The notes under the pieces are model-generated. The model saw nothing but the letters and a program-made list of their open reading frames with translations, was not told where the DNA came from and made no database searches. A stretch of DNA of 64,000 bases from a virus, in the IMG/VR virus record IMGVR_UViG_3300020371_000004, positions 19,362 to 83,361 of that record; one strand, written 5' to 3'. Below are positions 20,149 through 30,000 of this stretch, piece after piece; positions within the stretch are counted from its first letter, which is position 1; the number at the start of each line of letters is the position of its first letter. Made by a program: the position numbers and the translations under genes.

Positions 20149-23070
20149 ATGGCAAATAAAGGATTTGGTGCAGAGAAAATTAATCTAATCGGTGGTGGGA
20201 CTCCTAATATTAGTAGTCCTAACGACTTGAATTTAACTGCAGATAATGTTGCAATCAGCACCAATGCATCTATCGGTGGTAATTTGACTGTTTCTGGTGG
20301 ACTTACATTACCGAGTGGTATTGTAACTGCTACTGGACACTATGGTCCAATTTACATTGAAGAAAGTTCAGATGATGACGTATTTTATGATATACCTTTT
20401 CTAAATTCTACTGGTTCTGCAAATAATTATAGGCAGTTACAAATTGACGCAGGTCAATTGCAATTTAATGCATCAGATAATTCACTAAGATTATATGGTG
20501 CAATGTATGCCAGTAGAGGATTTTCAATTGGTATTCAGTCTGCTGGAACAACCATTGTCAATCAAGGAAGTCAATATGTTGAAGGCATAAACTTTGCTGG
20601 TGCAGGAAATACTATTACATATAATAGCTCTTCAAGGTATGTAACAGTAGAAATTGCAGGTAGTAGTGGTGGGGCAGGTGTTGGTACAAATACTAATATA
20701 AACACAACTGGTATTATTACTGCTGCTGCATTTAACAGTCCCTACTACAACTCTGGAGTGCCCTACATTGGTGTGGGTGCAGGGGCAACTCAAATTGAAT
20801 TCCAAGCACCAAATGTTGCCATAACAACTGACATGACTGTTGGTGGTGCTATTAATGCTGCTGGTGCAGTTTTTAGTGGTATTGCTACAGGAACTTTTGT
20901 TGGTGATGGTTCTGGTCTAATTGGACTTGCTGGTATTGGTTCTGGTATCCAGGTTATGGATAATGGAACCCTTGTAGGTATGGCTCAGACCATTGATTTT
21001 GGTACTGATCTAACTGTATCAAATATTTCTGCTGGTATTGTAACTGTTAGCAATGCAATCAATCTTGTAGGAATTGATACTGTTGGTGTATCCATATTCA
21101 ATCATATTGATGCCTCAGGTATTGTAACTGCAACATCTTTTGATACTATTGGTGGTGTTGGTCAATCACCAGTCATTAATTCTGGTATATACACCACTCT
21201 TACACTAAATTCACCTACTGTTGCAATCAGTACTGATATGACGGTTGGTGGAAACCTAACCGTAACAGGAACAATTAATGGAAGTAATCTAGGAGGAACT
21301 CTAGCACCAGATGGAATTAACATGCTGGGGCAGAAGTATATTACTTTCTATAAAGATAATAGTACTGCATTCTCAAGTCACAACTCTGAAATGTATGGTA
21401 CTTCCTATGGAACTACCATTTGGAGAGAATATGCTACTGCTGCTGGTGACGGTATTAGAATTGGAACTAAAGAATTAACCATAGAGCCCCAAAATCTATA
21501 TGGGCATATGGCAAAGTTCACTCAAAATGGACCAGTGTACTTAAGTTGGGGTGGTCATATAGGAGAGGGAACTGAACATAAACATAAATTTGCAACTAGT
21601 GGAATTGGTGTTTCTGTTCTATACACGAACGGTACATATGGTCATATGGATGTTCGTGACATCAATGCAACTGGTGTCGTTACTGCAACATCTTTTACTG
21701 GTGACGGTTCTGGACTGACTGGAGTTACTGCAACTGGTTCTGGTATTGTTGTTAAAAATAGTGGAGCATTAGTAGGTACAGCAGCAACAGTTGATTTCGG
21801 AACTAATCTTTCTGTATCCGCAGTTTCTGCTGGTGTTGTAACTGTGACTGCTAGTGGTTCTGGTGGTGGTGGAAGTACAGCAGGAATTGATACTGCTGGA
21901 GTTTCACACTTCAATCACATTAATGCAGTTGGTGTTATTACAGCAAATACATTTGCAAGTTATGCTGGTGGTGCATCTTCTATTACTAGTCCTGGTGCCT
22001 TAACTATTGCTGCACCTCATGTTGCTATTACAACCTCAGTAAGTATCGGTGGTACAGCAAGTATTGGTGATACTCTCTCAATGTTTGATGATGATTTAAA
22101 AATCTTCAAAAATAACAGTAGTGGAAACGTTGTAATTCAAGAACTTAGTGGCGGAAGTCTTAATATTAATGCTAATGACTTACAACTAAAAGATTATCTT
22201 GGTCAAGAGAATAAAGCAAGATTTATAACAAATGGTGCAGTAGAACTGTATTATGATAACTCTCTTAAATTTGAAACTACTGGATTTGGTGTAACCATTT
22301 ATGGTAGCACCATGATATCTAATTCTCTTGATGTTGGTGATACCAATGTCTCTGGTGATTTAAATGTAACTGGTGATGTTACTTCTGCTCGATTCATTGG
22401 TGATGGTTCTGGTCTGACAGGTGTTGTTGGTTCTGGTTCTGGTGTAATCGTTCAGGATGGTGGATCGATTGTTGGTACTGCAGGTACAATTAACTTTGGT
22501 ACAAACCTAAGTGTTTCTGCAATTTCTGCTGGTGTTGTAACTGTTACTGCTAGTGGTTCTGGTGGTGGTGGAACCACACAGAACCTCTTTGAATCCATTG
22601 CAGTTTCTGGTCAGAGTAATGTAACTGCTGATAGTGCAACTGATGTACTGACATTCGTTGCTGGTAGTAACATGACTATCACAACAAATGCAGCAACTGA
22701 TACTATCACCTTTAACTCCACTGGAGGTGGAGGAGGTGGTGGAGGAGGCACAAGTGGGGTATATTCATGGGATGCTGCTTCTTTAACTCTAGAGAATGTT
22801 GACACAGTAAACCTTTCTACTGATAGTTTCAGGGGTGCTGAGTATCATATTCATATTGAGCACTCTCAAGGAATACAATCTCAGAAAGTTCTAATCATGC
22901 AGGATGGAACTAATGCATATGCTAATGAATTTGCAATTATGCATGATAACAATTTGCTTGTTTCTATTGGTGCATCAGTTAGTGGAGGCAATTTCTACTT
23001 AAATGCTACACCAGAATCTGGTGTAACTGGTGTTACAACTCTCAGATATCTTAAGACTATCATTAGTTGA
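20149..23070 (+). CDS. Tail-fibre-like protein with internal repeats
   Basis: MANK.F start; three GDGSGL.G..GSG..V...G..VG.A.T..FGT.L.VS..SAG.VTV repeats; poly-Gly linkers; C-terminal domain shared with 12799..14997. Confidence 0.75.
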   Translation: MANKGFGAEKINLIGGGTPNISSPNDLNLTADNVAISTNASIGGNLTVSGGLTLPSGIVTATGHYGPIYIEESSDDDVFYDIPFLNSTGSANNYRQLQIDAGQLQFNASDNSLRLYGAMYASRGFSIGIQSAGTTIVNQGSQYVEGINFAGAGNTITYNSSSRYVTVEIAGSSGGAGVGTNTNINTTGIITAAAFNSPYYNSGVPYIGVGAGATQIEFQAPNVAITTDMTVGGAINAAGAVFSGIATGTFVGDGSGLIGLAGIGSGIQVMDNGTLVGMAQTIDFGTDLTVSNISAGIVTVSNAINLVGIDTVGVSIFNHIDASGIVTATSFDTIGGVGQSPVINSGIYTTLTLNSPTVAISTDMTVGGNLTVTGTINGSNLGGTLAPDGINMLGQKYITFYKDNSTAFSSHNSEMYGTSYGTTIWREYATAAGDGIRIGTKELTIEPQNLYGHMAKFTQNGPVYLSWGGHIGEGTEHKHKFATSGIGVSVLYTNGTYGHMDVRDINATGVVTATSFTGDGSGLTGVTATGSGIVVKNSGALVGTAATVDFGTNLSVSAVSAGVVTVTASGSGGGGSTAGIDTAGVSHFNHINAVGVITANTFASYAGGASSITSPGALTIAAPHVAITTSVSIGGTASIGDTLSMFDDDLKIFKNNSSGNVVIQELSGGSLNINANDLQLKDYLGQENKARFITNGAVELYYDNSLKFETTGFGVTIYGSTMISNSLDVGDTNVSGDLNVTGDVTSARFIGDGSGLTGVVGSGSGVIVQDGGSIVGTAGTINFGTNLSVSAISAGVVTVTASGSGGGGTTQNLFESIAVSGQSNVTADSATDVLTFVAGSNMTITTNAATDTITFNSTGGGGGGGGGTSGVYSWDAASLTLENVDTVNLSTDSFRGAEYHIHIEHSQGIQSQKVLIMQDGTNAYANEFAIMHDNNLLVSIGASVSGGNFYLNATPESGVTGVTTLRYLKTIIS
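21826..22573 (+). repeat. 49-nt direct repeat (21826-21874 and 22525-22573, one mismatch) within the fibre gene
   Basis: TCTGCTGGTGTTGTAACTGT(G/T)ACTGCTAGTGGTTCTGGTGGTGGTGGAA read at both sites. Confidence 0.85.
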
Positions 23071-23085
23071 ATAGGAGAATAGTAA

Positions 23086-26076
23086 ATGAACGTACCATCT
23101 TCAACAGAAAAGAACGTATACACTGTCGGTTGTGAGACAGAAGAAGATTGGATTTATATTCGTGATGCTTTACTTGACGAAAATTGGTTAGATGATGAAG
23201 AAATACCAACTGAAGCATGTGAGTGTGTAAGTGATAAAAAAGTAGGACACACTAGAGGCATCTTTATGTTGACAGATGCCGAAGCAGAGCAACTTAAACA
23301 GCATCCTAAGGTTGAGTATGCTCATCATGATAGTTCTTATTACCAAGATTATTATAGACCACCTCTTGAGGAAAGATACTTTGGTTTAGATTATGGTCAA
23401 AAGTATCAGTGGAGATGGGAAAACAGAGTATTAATTGAAAGAGCAAATCAGTCTCAATCAAATTTCTATCCAGATCATAAAACACCACGTCAAATCAACA
23501 AAGCTGGTTGGGAATTAGCTCGTCCAGCAGCAAAAAGAGACCTTTGGCATTATCTTAAAGAGGCTAATGGTTTAAGTGGTGATGTAACTGCATATTCTAT
23601 CAGTGCTAGATTGGCAAGAACAACAACTGGTGAAGATGTTGATATGATTGCCTGTGATACAGGAACTTGGTGTAGTCATCCAGAATTTATCAATAATCTT
23701 CCTGGTGTTGAGTATCCAAGAAATTATAAAGGTGGTAATGCTTTAGACCCTAATGGTGGTTCTGCAGTTCTAGACTTATTTTTACATGGTCCATACTATA
23801 TTGACCCAGAATGGTTTGATGCTGACCCAGCAGATAGATTAACAGTAAGATGGGATGGGACTGTAATTCCGATAAGATACTGGGCTCAGAAATGGTGGTC
23901 TGATAGTGACAGTCGTTCTCCTCAATTTAACAATGTTGATGAAGTTAGCATTGGTTATAGTTACTATGAACAATGGTCTATCGGTGATTTATATGGTAAT
24001 GGTGGTGCAAGTTCTCATGGTACTTCAGTTGCCTCTCAGATGTATGGAAGAACTCATGGATGGGCATATAATGCCAATAAATGGGCAATAAGAACAGATA
24101 TAACTTCATTTGATGATATGTTTGATGCGATAACTATATTTCATCAAAATAAACCAGTAAACCCAAAGCACGGAAATAGAAACCCAACAATATGTAATCA
24201 TAGTTGGGGTTATGTTAATCCCGAAATGGGTGGTGGATATCAGTATAGAAGTGGACACCACTGGTTTAGACCAAGTAGTGCAACTGTTACTACTACTGCT
24301 ACTGAATGGTCTATTGCTCCCTCACCAACATCTTGGTACACTGCAGTTCAGCCAAACCATTCACAAAATGCAAAAGAACAGTGGTTTAGGTATCTTGGTT
24401 ATTATGGATACGGTTCTACATTCCCATGTGAACTACTTTCCCATGGTGATTTAACTGCTTCCACAAATTGTTTTAATTCTGGAGTTATTCATGTTGTTGC
24501 TCCAGGAAATTCAAACCAGAAAATGGTATTTTCTGACCATGAAGATTATAACAATCATTTTGCTCCAAATCGAGATGATGCAACTAGATCATTTAATAGT
24601 AACACACTTACACTCAGTGGTAAGACTTATTATAGGTCAACGAACAGAATAGGTTATCCTGGTCAATCTGGTAGGTATTATGATGAAGGAAAGTATAAGT
24701 ACAAAGCACTAATTGTTGGTGCTCTTTCTGATATGTGGGGGACTGATAATGGAGTCTATAAAGAGTTTAAAGTAGACTATAGCAACATGGGTGAAGTTGT
24801 TGATTGCTACTGTGCTGCACATGACACACAGGCAGCAACCAATAAGGAGTTTGGTGATAATAGTAGTTGGAGAAGAGCAGATAATGAAGCTTTCTATGAA
24901 TTATATAATGTTGGTGCTGCATCTACTTATACCTCAAGTTCGTATATAAGTGGTTTCAAGGCATATACAGATACAGCAACCAATAGAGGTGGTGACCCAA
25001 ATGCAAATAAGTATTGGGGTCTCAGTAGTCCAAATGATTGGCCTGATGTTTTAGGTCAAGGTCGTCAAAACCATGGAAGTAGTAGAGTTGTAGTTGGTCC
25101 CAACTCTTGCGGTAGAGGATTGGGAAGACCCGAAACAATTTTATTTAAATCAAATACAGGTCATCGTTTTGCAACTGGTGGTAGTCTTAATTACCCAACA
25201 GTAACTTACACTGGAATTGCCGCAACTTTCCGTGGTCGTGTTGGTATTCAAACTACAGAACCAGAACCAGCAACAAACTATTCAACTCTTGCTGATTGGA
25301 GATGTTATAGATGCGATCTACCATTTACTTTTGATTATTGTGGTGTTACTACCAATAGAGTTGGAATTTCTCCATGGGGAGTTCTTGAAATTGGTGGTGA
25401 AGGTTCACATAGTAAGACTAGTACCGAGGTTTCTTGGATACACCATGGTGGAGTTCCAAAGTGGGGACAGATTGCCCTTAATCATGGGCATGTAAGTCCT
25501 TATGTAGGTATTCGTACAGAGGTTTTAGGAGTAGCTCCAAATAGACAATTCTGGGTTAGATATGAGTCTAAAGATGGCAGTGGACATACCAGTGGTGATA
25601 TGGACACTGTATGGGAGGCAGTTTTTACTGAAAATTCTGGTGTAGTAGACTTCCATGTAGAAACTAATACTCACATAGGGGAGACTACCCAGACTGTAGA
25701 TAACGACTACTTCCATGATGATTGGTTTAGTGGAACAAGTTCTGCTGCACCTATTGCTTGCGGTATCGTTGGAACTAAATTGGAAGTTAATAGAACATGG
25801 GATTATGCTGATGTGAAGAACTGGGTTACTACAAAAGTTGGTATTTCAAGTAGTGATGAGTTTTATTATGGTGATGAAGCACCAAGTGGAACTAATGCAC
25901 GCAATGATATTTCTTGGGGAACGGTAACCAGTCTTCATGGAGGTAGTCCAATTATATTATGGAATGCACCAACTGACAATGACCCACCTATTGAAAATCA
26001 ATTACAGATTGATATTGGTAGTAATTTAACCATTGAAGGTGGAACCAACAACTTAAATATTAAATACGAACAATAA
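23086..26076 (+). CDS. Subtilisin-family (S8) serine protease, paralog 3, with a large insertion before the catalytic Ser
   Basis: VDMIACDTG, SHGTSVAS, APGNS and FSGTSSAAP; roughly 290 extra residues between VDCYCAA and the Ser motif. Confidence 0.85.
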   Translation: MNVPSSTEKNVYTVGCETEEDWIYIRDALLDENWLDDEEIPTEACECVSDKKVGHTRGIFMLTDAEAEQLKQHPKVEYAHHDSSYYQDYYRPPLEERYFGLDYGQKYQWRWENRVLIERANQSQSNFYPDHKTPRQINKAGWELARPAAKRDLWHYLKEANGLSGDVTAYSISARLARTTTGEDVDMIACDTGTWCSHPEFINNLPGVEYPRNYKGGNALDPNGGSAVLDLFLHGPYYIDPEWFDADPADRLTVRWDGTVIPIRYWAQKWWSDSDSRSPQFNNVDEVSIGYSYYEQWSIGDLYGNGGASSHGTSVASQMYGRTHGWAYNANKWAIRTDITSFDDMFDAITIFHQNKPVNPKHGNRNPTICNHSWGYVNPEMGGGYQYRSGHHWFRPSSATVTTTATEWSIAPSPTSWYTAVQPNHSQNAKEQWFRYLGYYGYGSTFPCELLSHGDLTASTNCFNSGVIHVVAPGNSNQKMVFSDHEDYNNHFAPNRDDATRSFNSNTLTLSGKTYYRSTNRIGYPGQSGRYYDEGKYKYKALIVGALSDMWGTDNGVYKEFKVDYSNMGEVVDCYCAAHDTQAATNKEFGDNSSWRRADNEAFYELYNVGAASTYTSSSYISGFKAYTDTATNRGGDPNANKYWGLSSPNDWPDVLGQGRQNHGSSRVVVGPNSCGRGLGRPETILFKSNTGHRFATGGSLNYPTVTYTGIAATFRGRVGIQTTEPEPATNYSTLADWRCYRCDLPFTFDYCGVTTNRVGISPWGVLEIGGEGSHSKTSTEVSWIHHGGVPKWGQIALNHGHVSPYVGIRTEVLGVAPNRQFWVRYESKDGSGHTSGDMDTVWEAVFTENSGVVDFHVETNTHIGETTQTVDNDYFHDDWFSGTSSAAPIACGIVGTKLEVNRTWDYADVKNWVTTKVGISSSDEFYYGDEAPSGTNARNDISWGTVTSLHGGSPIILWNAPTDNDPPIENQLQIDIGSNLTIEGGTNNLNIKYEQ

Positions 26077-26079
26077 ATA
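26073..26079 (+). promoter_or_regulatory. T4-like late promoter (ATAAATA) containing the upstream stop codon
   Basis: TAA 26074-26076 is part of the motif; ATG at 26097. Confidence 0.65.
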
Positions 26080-26096
26080 GTTAAAAGACTCAAACA

Positions 26097-26822
26097 ATGG
26101 CTAATAAAAGTTTTTCCGTTAGAGAATTTGAGATTGTTGGAAATTCTGGCAATTCTAAATTAACATCTACCGAGTATATTGAACTTAATACACCTAGAGT
26201 TGCTATTAGCACTGACTTAACTGTTGGTGGAACAGTGAGGAGTGATATAAGTCTTCCAGGACATAGTTTAACTGCTCTTCAGGCAAACATAACAGGGGTT
26301 ACAACCATGTCCTCTGTCAGTGTTGTTGGTGTATGTACGGCAGCATCTTTCTCTGGTTCTGGAGTAGGTTTAACTGCGTTATCTGCACCGCAACTTACTG
26401 GTTCTTTACCTGCACTAGATGCATCATCACTTACCAATACTGTTGGAACTATCACTGCTGGAGCAGGAGTAACAATAAATCAAGGGACGGGAACAGTACA
26501 TGTATCCCAAGGAATTACTTATGTTGTTGGTGGTAACACTAGTGGATATACAATGGTTGGTCCAGGTGTTTTGCAGACATCTTTAAATCCAACCATTTAT
26601 TTACATAGAGGATTTGTATATATTTTTAACAATACCACTGGTTCAGGTCACCCATTCCGTATTCAATATACTGGTACAACAACTGGATACGGTAGCACAT
26701 GGGTAACTGGAAATACAGCAGGGACTCAGATGTTTGTTGTTCCTCATGATGCTCCAAGCACTCTTGAATATCAATGTACTATCCACCCTGGAATGAAAGG
26801 GACATTTGTTATACCTTCTTGA
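26097..26822 (+). CDS. Short fibre protein with C-terminal cupredoxin-like domain
   Basis: MANK.F start like 20149; fibre repeats; C-terminal NPTIYL.RG..Y.F..GHPF...FVVP.DAP.TL.YQCTIHPGM.G. Confidence 0.75.
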   Translation: MANKSFSVREFEIVGNSGNSKLTSTEYIELNTPRVAISTDLTVGGTVRSDISLPGHSLTALQANITGVTTMSSVSVVGVCTAASFSGSGVGLTALSAPQLTGSLPALDASSLTNTVGTITAGAGVTINQGTGTVHVSQGITYVVGGNTSGYTMVGPGVLQTSLNPTIYLHRGFVYIFNNTTGSGHPFRIQYTGTTTGYGSTWVTGNTAGTQMFVVPHDAPSTLEYQCTIHPGMKGTFVIPS

Positions 26823-26848
26823 CAAGACTATTCATATATGATTATAAT
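26819..26848 (+). promoter_or_regulatory. Host sigma70-type (early) promoter TTGACA-N18-TATAAT
   Basis: Perfect -35 (26819-26824) and -10 (26843-26848) hexamers with an 18-nt spacer, opening a 211-nt intergenic gap. Confidence 0.65.
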
Positions 26849-26904
26849 GAGTCTGTGGACGGTCAAGGGTTACTTATATCTTTAAATACTAGATTCTAAC
26901 TAAC

Positions 26905-26911
26905 CTAAATA
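26905..26911 (+). promoter_or_regulatory. T4-like late promoter (CTAAATA)
   Basis: Motif directly upstream of the structured leader of the 2373-aa gene. Confidence 0.65.
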
Positions 26912-26922
26912 GTCAAATATGG

Positions 26923-27028
26923 AAGGTTTCTAGTGACTTGTAAGGAAATAAAAGTTACTAAGAATATTCAGGGTGTTGCGAGTATGCCCTGTCTAGAAAC
27001 CTTTGTACGCATTAGAGAGAGGATGCGT
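26923..27028 (+). ncRNA. Candidate structured cis-regulatory 5' leader (multibranch fold plus SD hairpin)
   Basis: AAGGTTTCTAG (26923-33) pairs perfectly with CTAGAAACCTT (26993-27003) and encloses two hairpins. A further hairpin ACGCATT/GATGCGT covers the GAGAGGA SD region. Confidence 0.5.
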
Positions 27029-27033
27029 TAAGT

Positions 27034-30000
27034 ATGGCTCTCTTTCAATACAACTTAGGCAGTGAAATTCCGTTTAGTAGTATTGATTATGGATTTATTA
27101 ATGAAACACCTACAACCCCATCGGAAGACCACGGAGATTTAGCAGTAGTTGCTCAGACGACTATTGCTCCAGATGATATTGTCTCCACATATAGTGGTAG
27201 TCTTAGCACCGTAACTATTACTAATACTGGAAGTGGTGTTGGTGAGTTTGGTGGATTTAATGTAGCAAGACATATTAAGTTTACTGGAGCTGGTACAAGA
27301 GCATTTACTTTTGCATTTGATACAAGTAATCGTGAAGAGATAACATTTTCAGTTATTCGTGGCACTGATTCAAATGGTGGTGAACTTCCTGATAGTGGTG
27401 AAGACCTTCTATTTGAATATTCAACTAATGGTGGAAGCACTTGGACTGGAACCCAAGTTTTAGCTGCATACAATGATACTGCATTTAATAATTTAAATGA
27501 TGTTACTGTAACACTACCTACAGCAGCAAGAGTATCTAATGCACAGTTTAGAATTAGACAAGCAAGTAATAGTGGTTCTAATTATGATCAATGGGGTGTA
27601 ACTGCAGTTACTATTGGTGGTGAGATACTTACTACTGAAGATTATGGATTCTTAACACCTGCAAGGCAGACTGTTCCATACGGTAGACTCAAGATTGTTC
27701 AAGAGTTTGCTGACGACAGACTACTCAGGAATAGTGTTGGTGGTATTGAATTTACCCTTGGTGGTAAAGCAAATATCTTTACTCTACCAATTCATGTTGG
27801 TAGAGGATTCTTGCGTCTTGATGGCAAGGAGTTCACAAGAATTACTCTGCGTTACATCGGAAGTGGCACATTCAGCCACTTCGGTGGATCTGCAGAGGCA
27901 GTATCGAATGCAACACCAGCACAAACACCACTCTTCACGGTTGCTGGTGTTGCTACCGAAAAATTTGGAAAAGGAAATTATACAGCAACAGGTCAGTTCT
28001 CCGCATTCACGGGTGCCGCAGAGGTCGTATCCATCAGTGGAGCAACAAGACAAGACCTATTCAGAATTAGAGGTGCAGCACACGATACTCACACAGAGAA
28101 TTACGTTGGTGAGGGTAGACTATTTGCTGTACAAGGTGCTTCAGAAGCATTTAAAGTCGAAGAGAAGGCAAGTGGTCTATTCTCCTTTAAAGGCACCTCC
28201 AAAGAAACTATACAATCAAATAACGTTGTATCTGTTGAGACTCAGATATCTGGTTCTGGTTCAGAGTCAATTACACCTGCGGTACGACCAGGTTCTGGAG
28301 AGGCAACGTTTAGTGGTGCAATTACAAATGAGCATGTAAGGTTCCATCAATTTGGTACTGGTACATTATCTTCCTTCAGTGGAACTGCAGAAACAAGCAA
28401 CAGAGTTGTATTCAGTTACAATGAAAGTTCTGTTGTTAATGCAGAAACTCTTGATTATGGACTTATTACTGAAGGATTTGCGGATGAACCAATCAGTAAT
28501 TACGCAAATGTACCAATTAGTACACTTGCAAATGAAGTAGTATCTGAGTTTGGAAGATATCCAAATAGAGAGGAATTTGGTCATATTTCTATTGACCCAG
28601 AGCAATCTATTCATACTCCTGGATATAACCATGTTGATTATGGTTATATTAATACCACCAATAGATTCCCATTCGGTAAGTTCCAATCTGAAGATGGTGG
28701 AGACTTAACTTATGAGTCTGCACAAATTGGAATCAGAGTCAGACCCATTACACCTGGTCCAACACTCCGACTTGAAGGTACTGCAGGTATCTTTACACTA
28801 CCAATTCATAAAGGTGAAGGATACTTCAGATTTGAAGGTAAGTCTGTTGTTAGAATTAGAGCAGTCTACTACGGATCTGGTAAGTTCAGTAACTTCGGTG
28901 GTAGTGCTGAAGCAACTTCAAATGCTGATTCTGGAAGGAAGATTCTCTTCAGAGTTGCTGGTGATGCACATGCTGTTGTGCGTTTTGTTTATATTGGAGA
29001 AGGTTCTCTCTTTACATTTGTTTCCAAGACAGAATCCACTTCAGTCACAGAAAAACCACAAGCTCTTTACAAGTTTACTGGTTCTGCAGTCGAAAAGAAT
29101 ACCGAGAACTATGTTGGTACAGGTTCTCTATTTACATTTGTTTCTTCTACAGATTCTACTGTTATCAACAGTGCAGCATCTGGTCTCTTTACCTTCAAGG
29201 GTTCGGGTATCGAGAAGAATACAGAGAACTATGTTGGTCAAGGTTCTTTGTTTACATTTGTTTCCAAGTCGGAAGCAACTGTTGTTCAGTCTGTCGCACA
29301 AACACTATTCAGATTTACAGGTGCGATTACAAACGAGCATGTAAGATTCCACCAGTTTGGTACTGGAACATTCTCTGCCTTCAGTGGAACTGCATATCAC
29401 GAAAGAGTTGCATTCGATTATAATGAAGACTCTATTGTTAATGTCAGACATGATAATTATGGATTAATTACTGAAGGTAGTGCTGACCAACCAATTTCCG
29501 ACTTTGCTAACGACCCAATTAGTCTTTACGCTAATGAGCAAGTCTCCGAGTTTGGTAGATTTGCGAATAGAGAGGACTTTGGTCACATTTCTATTGACCC
29601 AGAGCAATCTATCAACACTCATGGTCATCGTCATGATGATTATGGTTACATTAATACCACCAATAGATTCCCATTCGGTGGATTCACCTTTGAAGATGAA
29701 AATGAAGGTGTTGATACTGCAGGAATTAGATTCCAACTCAGAGCACCTACATCAGGTACTGAACTTAGACTTCAGGGTCAAGCTGAAATTTATGTACTCC
29801 CAGTACACATCGGTGGTGGTATCACCAGATTTGCTGGAGATGCAACTATCAGAATCAGAGCCGTCTACTACGGATCTGGTAAGTTTAGTAACTTCGGTGG
29901 TAGTGCCGAGGCAATTTCCAATGTTGACTCTGGAAGACAAGTTCTCTTCAGAGTTTCTGGTGATTCCCATAATACTATACGTTTCGTCGAGGTTGGTACA

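Noticed and set aside
26841-26866. Divergent minus-strand sigma70 promoter (TTGACC...TATAAT)
   Set aside because: The spacer would be only 14 nt.
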